DNA of 64,000 nucleotides from Ruditapes philippinarum (Eukaryota): NCBI RefSeq assembly GCF_026571515.1, contig NW_026853568.1, positions 1 to 64,000 of the forward strand, read 5' to 3'. Shown piece by piece: positions 40,501 to 52,500 of this stretch (position 1 is its first letter; each line of letters starts with the position of its first letter). The notes under the pieces were generated by a model. It saw only the letters and a program-made list of their open reading frames with translations, ran no database searches and was not told where the DNA came from. The position numbers and the translations under genes were made by a program.

Positions 40501-43500
40501 TTTAACTTTTTTTATACTAATAGTAACCATGCCTTTGATGCATGTCAACGGTCATGGTTCCTCTACTGGGCCGTGTTTTGGAAGGCATTTGTTTGCTTCC
40601 AACGACAATTCTTGTGACAAAAAACCTTTTCGATTTAGTATTATACTAAGTGCTGTAAAAGTGACATCGCCATTCTTGTATTATGCGCAGATATCAATGA
40701 ATGTGCTGAAGGTACCGCTGGATGCAAAGACTCATGCACTAACACTGTCGGATCTTTTATATGTTCTTGCAAAACCGGTTATGAATTGGATTCGGATCGA
40801 AAATCTTGCAAAGGTAGATAATTGATTATTTTATGACAAAATCACATTTTGACATTAGATATTTGTTTGTCTTGCTTATCATGGCTATAATATAAATGAT
40901 TAAGGCTATAACATAGATGAAAAATTAAAAAAAAACGGAAACATTATACACCTTTTATACGTTTTGACAACTTAAATTTTTTTTGGTTTTTGGAAATTTT
41001 GACTTTTAGGGTTTAAATCTTTGACTTTTGGTTTTAGATATTGATAAATTTGCAGACGGGAAATTATCGGGTTTTGTAAGCTTTAAGCGGGTATAAACAG
41101 TGTTGGGTCATTTACATCCCTTTTGTAAAAAACGGTTATAAAACCTTGAAATTTGAGGGGAAAGTCATGTGAAGGTAATTTTTTAACGCACCATCAAAAA
41201 GCTCTCTCTTGGAATGATGTCAAAATACACTTTTAATTTGTTTCTCAAACGTTGTACAGAACTTACTGACCCTAATTCAAAGACAAATATGGTAATGGTA
41301 TCTTAGAATTATGCATATTATTATTATTATAGTATAACATAAACTGCAAATGTATGCCTTCTAAGTAACCGATTGAGTCGGCTTAATTGTTGTTTATTAA
41401 CAGAAAGTTATGAAAAAAGATTAATCGAAGTTGTATGTCTTTTGAATATGAACGTTCATTGACTTGTATGATTAAACTCCTAATTATGACTGAGAAGTTA
41501 AAACTACATATAAAGACTTAGAAGCTCGTAATTTTGACTAAATAACTTATAAAAGAAATTTGGAATTTATTAACCTAATCGCTAAAGACTATTCCTGAAA
41601 ACGATATAGATTTTGAAAAAAAAAAAACCAAAAAAAAACAGAGGTCATACAAAATGCAAAATGTGTAGTCACGGAAAATCATTTAGCAACTTTGAAGAAA
41701 TCGAATCAGTCTAAACAGAGCAACCTTGTAAATGTAAGGATTTGACATATATACGCTAGTGACATGTATAGAAACAATTTTTATTGATAAGTTGCACACT
41801 TTGGCGAATTCTATTTTGATTCATAATCCAACGAGGCAGGCTTTTTCCGGAAACCCCAAGGACACCCATTTATTCATTTTAATTTAATACTTAAATCATT
41901 AATCATTTAATATAATTTGACTTCTGGCAAGGGGAAGTCTGATCACAATAAGGGGACCCGTGATTGTGTCTTGATTTAGTTTAGGTTTCAAGGTATTGCT
42001 TGTGCAAATATTAACGATGATATTTAGTTAAGTTATAAAGATAACTTGCCCAATAAATTACTTTATATATCAACTATGGTTACATTTTTTTTCGCCTTTT
42101 TTTCGCAAAAGTAAAAATGGAGGATAATACAGTTGGATTTACAGTGATATCGTATGAAATTGTTTTTGAGATTGCAAAATTTTCCTAATCAATAATTTCA
42201 GTATATGAACCTAATTTTGCGAGACATACATAAAAACATATTTCAACAAATATTTTTGTAAAAGTTGTTATTTTTATTTGTATTAACAGATATTGATGAA
42301 TGTGCAGACGGCAGTTCTGAATGCAAGGTTTTCTGTGTCAACACTTTGGGTTCTTACAAATGTGAATGTAATGACGGATATGAACTTGCCGCAGACGGAG
42401 TCACTTGCACAGGTGGAAGTATTATAAATGTCTCACTTATGAAAATAGAAATTAATTCGCTTTTATTACACTGAAACGATTCAATTTTCCTGATTTGAAA
42501 TTGAAATGCTTCATGAAAATAAATTTATAATGTAAAATATGTTGCAAGACTTAAATTTACTTGAACTTAATAAAGAATAGGATTGAATCAAAATTGGTTT
42601 TTTTGTAAAATATTTCTTAAAATTTCCGCACATTTCATTTCTAAAGAAGAGATATCTGATGTCTATTAGACTAAGCCTTGCTTATATTGTGAAAAAAAAT
42701 AAAGGGTTTAACTTGGAATTCTCTTAATAAGAGAATGGACGTTATTAATCATTTGGTGAGTAAAACATTAATATTGTCGTTGAATCTGCTAATGAAATAC
42801 AATTGCAGTGTGTCTCACGTCCTAATTGGAGCAACAGTTTATTTCACATATCTTATAAAATGTTACAGAATATATGTCATGTTAATGAATTTCTTTTCGC
42901 TATAGTTATCACTTCTCTTTCTGTTTTTGACAAAAAATATTTCTATTTCAATAAAAGACATAAATGAATGTTCCTTTGCAAACGGAGGATGTGACCATAC
43001 GTGTGTTAACATACCTGGTACGTTCTATTGTGAATGTAGACAAGGATTTGAAAGAGATGCAGATGAAAGAACTTGCTCAGGTTTGATCTTTTTATGGCAA
43101 ATTAGAACAAATTTGTTAATTAATGCTATTAAATGACAAAGCAAATCGAAATGAATTAGATTTTCTTTTACATTTCTAAGTTAAATACTTGTTACGCTTT
43201 TCAAATCTTGTTAAAAATCAACCTTCTTTTCTGTAGATAAAATTAGATAATGTGTTTTCATCAAATTTAACACTTTCATTACAAAATCGCTATCCTGACG
43301 AAAATATTTCAAAATATTTCTTTTTCAGACATTGATGAGTGTGAACAAGGGATATCCGGATGTTCACACACATGTCAGAATACAAATGGATCATATGTTT
43401 GTAAGTGTCCTATTGGATATGAAATACAAAAAGACTTTGAGGACCTGCTCTGTTGGTAAGTTACAAAAGGTTTATTATAATCTGTTACCTAAATGTATGT

Positions 43501-46500
43501 TTAAATAAATTTGCTTTCCATAGGGCACATACGAATTTTCATAAATTTCTCCTAAAATACAAATGGATCATAGTAATGAGCATTTAAAAATAAGTCAGTC
43601 CAGTTTTTTTATCAAACTGAAAAGGATCTAGCACGGCAATATATCACTGTAAAATACTATGATAAACACTCTAAATTGAATATAAATAACTCAGCTTACA
43701 TTTTGCTGAAAACAATTTTCTGAAAGTTTTATTGATAACGACACATTTTTTGAACAACAAGACAAAATAATACAAAAAATATATAGAATATCAAACCTAT
43801 GGTTTCTGTTGAACTATCTTTCTTCATTTTAGATATAGACGACTGCATGAACGTCATTTGCCAACACGGTGGCACTTGCAAAGATGGTTTGAATTCATAC
43901 TCCTGTTCATGTCTGCCAGGATTCACAGCTGCACACTGCGAGAACGGTAGCATAAATTAGATATCCTTTAACATCATACTAAGTTATTTCTATTTGGCCT
44001 ATTGTAAATTAAAGGCTAATCAAAGAGTGGCGGCGTGGCCGGGTAGTTAAAGCGTCTGACTAGGAATCTAAGGATTGCTGACCGCGTGGGTTCAAACCAT
44101 ATCAGGGGTAAGCCGTTGTTTCCTTGAGCAAGAAACTTTACATTCATTGCTTAGTACTGGTTGGTTCCAGGAACGTATTCGAGAGTGTTTTAATAAGCTT
44201 ATAGCTTCCAACACAATCGAACTTAAATAAATTTGTATAAACTAAAGGCTAATTATGTAGAAAACTGTGAACGTTTTCAAGAACTTATTTCAGTTTATTA
44301 CAATGCTTTAAATGTTCAAATTTGCTTAAACCACTAAAATGTGTTCTATGTTTATATATATACATGTATGTATAATTGTCTACATTAGACTTAGATGAAT
44401 GCCTTACCTATAATGGGGGATGTCAAGAAGTATGTACTAATACAATAGGATCTTACATTTGCGGATGCTATGACGACCGACATATACATGTAGACGGCAA
44501 ATCATGCCCTGGAGGTATATAAGAACATGAAGTCCCTTGAAATACATATCGTTTTCCATGGAATTATGTCATTCTGCTGATGTTCAGATATACTGTTATA
44601 AAAAATTAAATGTTGATCCGTGTATCTTATTGAAGTAATTGCATACAAAAGCTCACTTAGGATGAGAAATTCAATACTTGTTTTTGAAAAAAAACATCAA
44701 GTGATTCTAGTAATCAGTTGATAATTGGTGAATTTTTAAGGCCCGCTCAATAAATGTTTTTATTTTATTTTAACAACATTCATAACAAGTAAAAAATGAA
44801 TCTATTGTACCTAGACCTAATACCAGTCATAAATTTGTCTCTTATGACAGGAGGAAATAGAGAGGGGAATGTTTTTGAAAGAAATAGTATTGGAGGAGGC
44901 TTGCTCCCAAAACCATGTTTTGTCTTGCAACTACCAGGATGTACAGATGGTACCAATATTACCTTGCAATTAGCATCGACGTCAGAGTGGTACAAGGCTT
45001 CAAAACAGCCTAATGTTTATTATACCTATGGTATTACCTTTGTGAAAGTGAATGATTTATCTTTACCAATATCGATTCGTGGTTTTGACGTAACTTTTTA
45101 TAATGGAAAGTTCGACTTCAAACATGGTGTTGAATATGGCATAGAAGATGGCTCTGTATTTGTGGACAAAGCAACATCAGCTGACTGCAAACCATTTAAA
45201 CTGATAGAAACAGATATATTCGATTTTATTTCTCATGGGTCGTTCTTCAGAACACTACTTATTTCATTATTTCCAGTACTTCCAGATTGGATATCTTTTG
45301 ACAAGACAAGCAATTCCGTTCTAGAGATTGTAGATATGAAAAGTGATTTAGTATATGGTAAAGATATACCCGATAAAGAATATTGCAATGGCGCTCCTGT
45401 TATCAAAACTCATTTGTACACGGTATTCACATTTGGGTCTAACTTTTCTCTCAGAGTTTTAGGTGAAGAAGTAAGATTTCCTGTGCCTTTAAAGGGTAAT
45501 AAATTCTGTATGATTGTTGATCTTTGTCATACAAATGGTGGAAGCTTTTTTTTAATGATACCTGCTGAGTCACGAAGTATTCTAGACAACATGAATATAT
45601 TTCAACAACTTAAACAGAAATTTGGCCTTGAAATTTTTCCAAGAGGAATTGGATTATCTGTAGTAAATGGAATCAATGTCCATCACCATGCAACTGAACT
45701 TCAGTTATGGAATGGGGATGCATCATTCACTTACCCGTAAGTACATATGCATAGTAACATATCTCGTTTTTAAAATAATGTTGCATGCTATTTCACTTAT
45801 TGTTCTGGATATTCAATTATGATGTTCTTTCATTCAGCATTATCAATACATACATAACGAGGTCATTTTTTCGAAAAATTAAATCCAAGTGTCAAAATAA
45901 ATTATATGCACATATATGAAGTTTTGCATGCAGTTTAGCATTGGCAGTGTAGCTTGTGCAGATTCATGATAGTACAAATACTGCTGACCATACATTTTAT
46001 CCGGGGACTATTCATTCAGGTCATTCAGTGGAGATACATGTATATGCTTTGTTTGTATATATTTAATTATTCTGATTTCACTTTTACTTAGACATAAAAC
46101 TTGTCAAATTTGTCATTTGCCTTTTTAGCCTTTTGTCAATCTTATTTTACTTGGATTTTCTTTTTTCAAAAATCATTTCTTGCCAAAGGAACATAAGTTT
46201 AGTTTCATTTGTATTACATTCCACAGTACTCACCAATTGTGAAACATTATTTATTTCTATAAAGTTATCTATTTATCGAAAAAAGAGCGTAATAGTTCTG
46301 TAGTTTAAAAGGTCAAAATTAAAACTGCTTGAAAATTATCCTTGCAAGTACCTCAAACGCACTCATTCAAAACGTTCAGTTTTTAAGCAAGCTAGTATAT
46401 AGTGGATGTTTTTATTATAATTCCAAACATTGATAATAGACGTCAAACAATTTGTTTATTTTTGTCCTGGGTACTCAAAGACTGGCCTACCGAAAATCAT

Positions 46501-49500
46501 CACCTATATAGAATGTGTTAAGATGATTTTGTTCACATAGTTCTGAATGACTTTTAAGTATGTTCCTTAATTCATAAATAAAAATACTACACTCTTTATT
46601 TAAGTGTGTTTCCTCGAAGTGATGTTTGGATCGGTGGTGATTTCAGCATAAAAGATAACTTGGTCGATGAAAGTTGGTTGGACGTGACTTGGAAGGTTGA
46701 CGGCAGTTCAGATATGTATTTAAATGTACCAAATGTAAAAAATGTAAGCACGATAACATTATCAGTATTTTTTATCAGTCATTGTAGACGCTGAAATGTG
46801 TGTAGTGAAAAGAATCGTCAATTCATAAACAACTATTTCTATAACACTGTTTTTGTTTGTATTCTTTCTTCTTTTACTTCTTTTTCAGATTTTAACAAAC
46901 ATTTTTTATGAAGAATGGAACTTATTTGTTGATATCACAATGACGGCAACATTGAAATTGAAACTGTTTGGTGCAAAGTTTGACGTACATTTTCCGGAAG
47001 CTGCAGCCATCCAATCCTATACATCCATTGGCGGTAAACAAATAATAAGCACTCAGATGATATGAAAAATTTTAAAATAATTTCATTGAGTCTGCTATAT
47101 AATATTTTAAGAACACAAATGCTTCACATATAATTAACTTCATTTTTGTTACAAATTGAAAATTGTAAATAATGTTCCATTTATTTCTATTACAGGAAAT
47201 AACAGAACTTTGTGCGGGGGAAAATCAAATCCTCCAGGAATTTTCTTCTCAGTTATTTTGAACGTAAACCCTTTTCAAAATGTTCCGCTACTGCAGGATT
47301 GGCTTTTAAAAAACACTAATCGTGTGTATGCCTTTGTTACATATGAGCATGGAATAAATAGTTTTTGGTTTGATGTCAAGAATGACATTCATAATTATGA
47401 AAAAATCGTTGACAGATTACTTCATCTTTTGGAAACATCTCTTGAAGCACTTAAGATTGTTTTTAAAGAAACTACTAAAGCACTTATAACAGACATTAAA
47501 ATACTACTTTACACGTTAAAAAATCTGTTTCAAGACATTTTAGGAATGATCGTGTCTAATGACTTAGCTGAAGCAAAACGTATGTTTGAAAACGTATGGA
47601 CAACATTTGTCAGCCTGGAATCAAAAACCAAATTGTTCCTTTACGAGACTGAATTTATTGTGCATGAACTTTTCATAAACCTTAAATTGCAACTCGAAAG
47701 TGAAATAAATGCTTTAAAGACTTATGTAACAAATACTGTTAACAAAATAACAAACAGTTTGATCAAATCGGCTTCTTCATTTACAGAATTCGGATTGAAA
47801 TTTTCAGTGTCCTTGAAAATCATGGGGTTGACTTTGGGTGACTTTAAAATAGAGCTTGTTTATTCAGATGGCAGTCTGCTAAAGTGCAGTAGATTTGAAA
47901 GAATAAGAAATTTTCTAAAAGACGAAAAGGCACTTAGGTTGATTGGAAGATTAACTGTTGCCAAACAATTTAATTTCTTTTTGAAGTCAATGAATGGGTT
48001 TGAAATTGGTGGAGCATTCTCGGTGAGCAATTCAAAGTTTCTTATTCAACAACAAGTGTATTCAAATATATTAGGTTTGAGGGCGACAAGCGATTTGTTC
48101 ATAACCAATAGTCGCGTCTATCTGCACATTGAAGGAAATATTTGGGACATTTTTCTTGCTCATGTTGACATATATGCTTCCTCTGGTAAGAACTGGCATG
48201 CTCTGACTTTTAGAGTTATAGGAACTTTTGTTGCAAATGTTCGAAAGCGCCGACAAACACAAATAGACAGTTCATCTTTTCAAGGCAGTTATTTAGAGGC
48301 CATGAAAAAAAGCTATTAATTTTGTTGCTAATATGGCAAACAAAAGATTAAGTCAAGTTCAGTCGACCCTCACAAGTGCCCAGGAAAGATTTTCTAAGGC
48401 ACAAAAATGGCTTGAAAGTCAACAAAGGCGCGTAAAAAATGCAAATGAAGCTTTTGATAAAGCTATAAATTCGCTCGAAACGGCGAAAGATAAACTCGAA
48501 GCAGCAAAGAAGCCATTTGAAAAGGCTTTAAAAACACTTGAGGCAGCACAAAAAAATATTGATAACTTATGTAAAATCAAAGAATGTAAAACATTTTGTA
48601 TTCCTGGTGTAAAGTGCAGGACATGTACAAAAAGGTTCTTCGGTCGTAGAATACGATATCCCTGTTGCTTTCTGACAAAATGTATGTTAAGGATTCCCGA
48701 TCCTCTTTGCGTTATAGCAAATTTGGCTTGTAAAATAGTAAGAGCAGCTGCTTATGCGGCATTAGAAATTGCAAAAATATTTGTTAAGGCCCCTATGCTT
48801 GCATTTGACACTGCAAAGGTTTTTCTGTCTGTGGCACAGGTGGTTGTTGATAAATCAAGAATCATTCTTGACGTCGCTGTTGGCATTCTTGAAATGGCTA
48901 AAATTGGACTAGAATTTGCAAAAGGTGTCATTGAAGGTGCAAAATTAGCTGTTGAAGGTGTCAAATTTGCTCTAGGAGCAGCAGCTAAAGTTTTAGAATT
49001 TGTTATTGATATTGGTATCAAAACGATAATCGATGTAAAGAACTGTGGTTTTGATGTTCATGTGTCAACGTCTGATTTACCTGTATTTGCTGTATCGTGC
49101 GATGTAAATGCTTTTAAGTTAGGTTGGAGATCTATAAAAATAAGAATTAATTTCAAAAATATGTCATTCAAAGTGTTTGGAATGCTGCACGTGCAACAAT
49201 AGATGCTGTTATGAAACAACTTAAAAATGTCATTGGCATTGGCCGAAAACGCAGAGAAATACTATTTAAATCTAATGCACAGGTGCACGCAAAATTTATA
49301 AGAGCAATAAGAGATACTGACTTAATTCATGGATCTGGATTTGTTTTAAACGAAACTTTAGATATATCTAACAATATTTCCGGTCAGGGTGTACATATAC
49401 ATGATGATTATGGGAGCAGAGTTCTCCTTTTTAAAGAAAAATGTGTAAAGATATCGACTGTAATGGATTTCTTGAAGGAGGCATCCGACATTCTTCATAC

Positions 49501-52500
49501 TATAGCTAATGACTCAATGCAAGTTATAATTGAAATGTCTTCCATTAGGGCTGAATTGCAAGAATTTTCAAGTGATGCGTTGGTTGATAACTTGACTTTA
49601 GAGAATATAGGCATAAGCAAAGAATATGCTGAGAAAGATTATAATTTGACCGACGATGATCTTGAGAAAGCTACCGAAGAAACAAAAGCATCAATTAAAG
49701 ATGATCCTCTCCTTAATGAAATAAATTCAGCTGCACAATTGTCAATGGAAAATTTAGACGAAGAAATGCAATCTATTGAATCTATTAACTTTTTTGACAC
49801 CTGGATGATAGCTTTGGAAAATATGACACACGACTATTTTGATAAAACCGATTGCAAAGGATTTCAAGATTGCACATTGCATTCTATATCAATTCTCTAC
49901 GAATTATATGAGGATGAGAAGGTACCAAATATTAGCAACATCAAAAATGCAATTCTTGATTTGGAAAGCGTGTTAATAGAAATGTTTCAGAACGAGTCAC
50001 AATTTCTGGCAGACTTGACCATAGCAATGCAGTCCATCAAGACAAGCGTCTCATTCTTATATGATGCTAATCCCTTTTGCTCAGTTGCACCAACCTTTCT
50101 GACAATTTTGAAAAGCCAAACGCTGCTTTTGTCATCGGAGGCGGTATTCATTTGCAATGCGACAGGCAATCCGAATCCATTATATTGGTGGCTTAAGAAT
50201 GAAGAGTTTCTGCAGAATGAACATCAAAGGCGTTTATTAATTGCAAATGTATCTACAACAGACAATGCTACATACACATGCATTGCAGGAAATGTTGTGG
50301 CAAACATAACATCTAATAAGGCATATCTGCATGTAATAGAATACGGTTAGTATCTTATTTGTAAATACTCACTTAGCAACAAGGAAACGTAGAATAGTTA
50401 TGCGAGTTATCAAGATCACATTTATCAGTACGTTAATGTTTAAGATTGAATACCGCTCATTTCGGTGCTATAGGGGTATAGGGGCGTGAGAGATAATGCA
50501 CTTTTCACATACTCTTTCATGAACAGATTTAATCAATCATAGCCTGCAATTCCTTTTTTAAGATTTTATTTCTATATAAAAACGTTTTACAGATTTTTAC
50601 TTAAAATATGAAATTTTATTAAGTTTCATTTGATGATTCTAGATGACGACGAATGTGAAGCAGAAAACGGGGGTTGCGAACATTTGTGTAGCAATACGAT
50701 TGGAAGCTTTGAATGTAGTTGCTTAACAGGATACGTATTAAACGAGGACATGCTTACTTGTTCAGGTTTGTTATAGAATTATAGACGTGTTTCACGGATT
50801 AAGAAAAAAACCTTTTTGGCAAAATAATAAAATAATTATACCAAATCAATGGCATAGCACTTTCAATTCCTTTTTCAGTTGAATTCTGCTGTAGGAAATT
50901 ATTCTATAGCAAATTTGATTTTTTTGTTTCCTTATTGGCGAATATTGCCGGTTTATTTCTAGCTATGATGTTTTATTATCTTAATGTCACGGTAGCCTTG
51001 AATACTCAAAGCACACTTATTTGAATTAAAATAGGAAAATCGACACGTTCGTCATCTGATTTGTATGTAATGCAGGGTTTTTTCCTTGACAATTTATATC
51101 AGAAATTGAGTCATCAGTCTCTTACAAATATGTGGGATTAGTAGTCGGTTACTTGCGGAGAAATATGTATTAACTAGTTAGTTATATAGGAAAGCCGGTT
51201 AGGTGGACCCCCGAAATATAAATCGGCGTACAGACACAGCATAAATCAAAATCACACGTCGGAATGAGCATATATTATTTTCTACGTAATTCTTTTACTC
51301 TAGAATATAAAAGTATAAAATTAGTCAATGAATAGAAGTGTTTTTTCAATGAATTAACGTTATTATCGGTTATAATTTATATATTAAAATAACATGGTAG
51401 CTGAATTTATACATCCAATAAAATATCCTATTTCATGACGCAGGTAGTCTCAGAGATGTATAACGGAACGTTTTAATTTCAATTTTCAGCGGTACCTAAA
51501 GAAAAAGAGGACTTTGGATATAGCGGAATACGTGACATAGGTATAAATGTTTTAGTAACTTACTTATTTTTAAAGTGTCATTGTAAATAGATATTTGTTC
51601 TCCTTAATTATATATAGTTATATACAATAATATTGGAACAAAAAGCAAACTGAGCAAAATTATTTCTTCATTTGATTTCAAGTGAATTTGTCTTAGAAGC
51701 ATATATTCCAGGGTTTTATAGTATTTGAAATATTGATTTTGTCTACATATTTTGGATATTCGTATAAAATATTTTTGTTCAAATTATATGGAAATAATAA
51801 TATTTTATCCTAGAAGAATTCATTATCTACTACACAAAGATAATTTTAATTAAAAACGCTAATTTGTATTTGCCATAGCTTTCGGCCCCTGTGGCCTTCT
51901 TATGTATACAAATATAATCAGACAAAACACGGGAAATGACGTATCGACATTCATGATATTCAAAACCTGGCAGTATATCGGAAACCCCTCAAATTGCAAA
52001 ATTCTACGACCAAAAGCAAATAAAAAATGTGATTGTATTCTTTTAGTATTGGCTGTGTCAGTCTCCCTGCTGGGTACAGCTGTATTGATAGCCGCTAGCC
52101 TCATTGTATACTTTAAAGTCAGGTAAACTTTATTCTTCACAATATTTGTAGTGTTGCAAATAGAAATCTAAAATGTAACGAATTCAGTTAATCATATAAA
52201 CGGAACACGAATAAAAGTAGCGATCAATATTGAAGTATCCTATCAGATTGCTGATTCGCCGGAACATAATATATATAAATCGTAATACAACTGGCTAGAT
52301 TTTATATTCCGGTCTATGATTGTCATTGAATATATCATGTTAGAGTAGATTTTAAACACACGCTGATGACAACAAGAGTGGCGGCGTGGTCAGAGTGGAG
52401 GCATGGTCGGGTGGTTAAGGCTTAATTCGGATTAGTAGCCTGAGGATTGCTGGCCGCGTCGGTTCAAACCACGTCAGGAGCAGGCTGTTGTTTCCGTGCG

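Noticed and set aside
44024-44110. Possible tRNA gene (also at 52375 and ~54000-56925)
   Set aside because: A/B boxes are present but I could not fold a clean cloverleaf; they continue into SINE or repeat bodies.
48305-48311. Programmed ribosomal frameshifting at the A-run
   Set aside because: The indel positions differ between paralogs and no stimulatory structure is evident; error or decay is simpler.
47196-50345. Endogenous retroviral env or viral glycoprotein gene
   Set aside because: No gag/pol or LTR context; it is embedded in a spliced cellular EGF/Ig gene; there is no hydrophobic fusion peptide directly after either RKRR.
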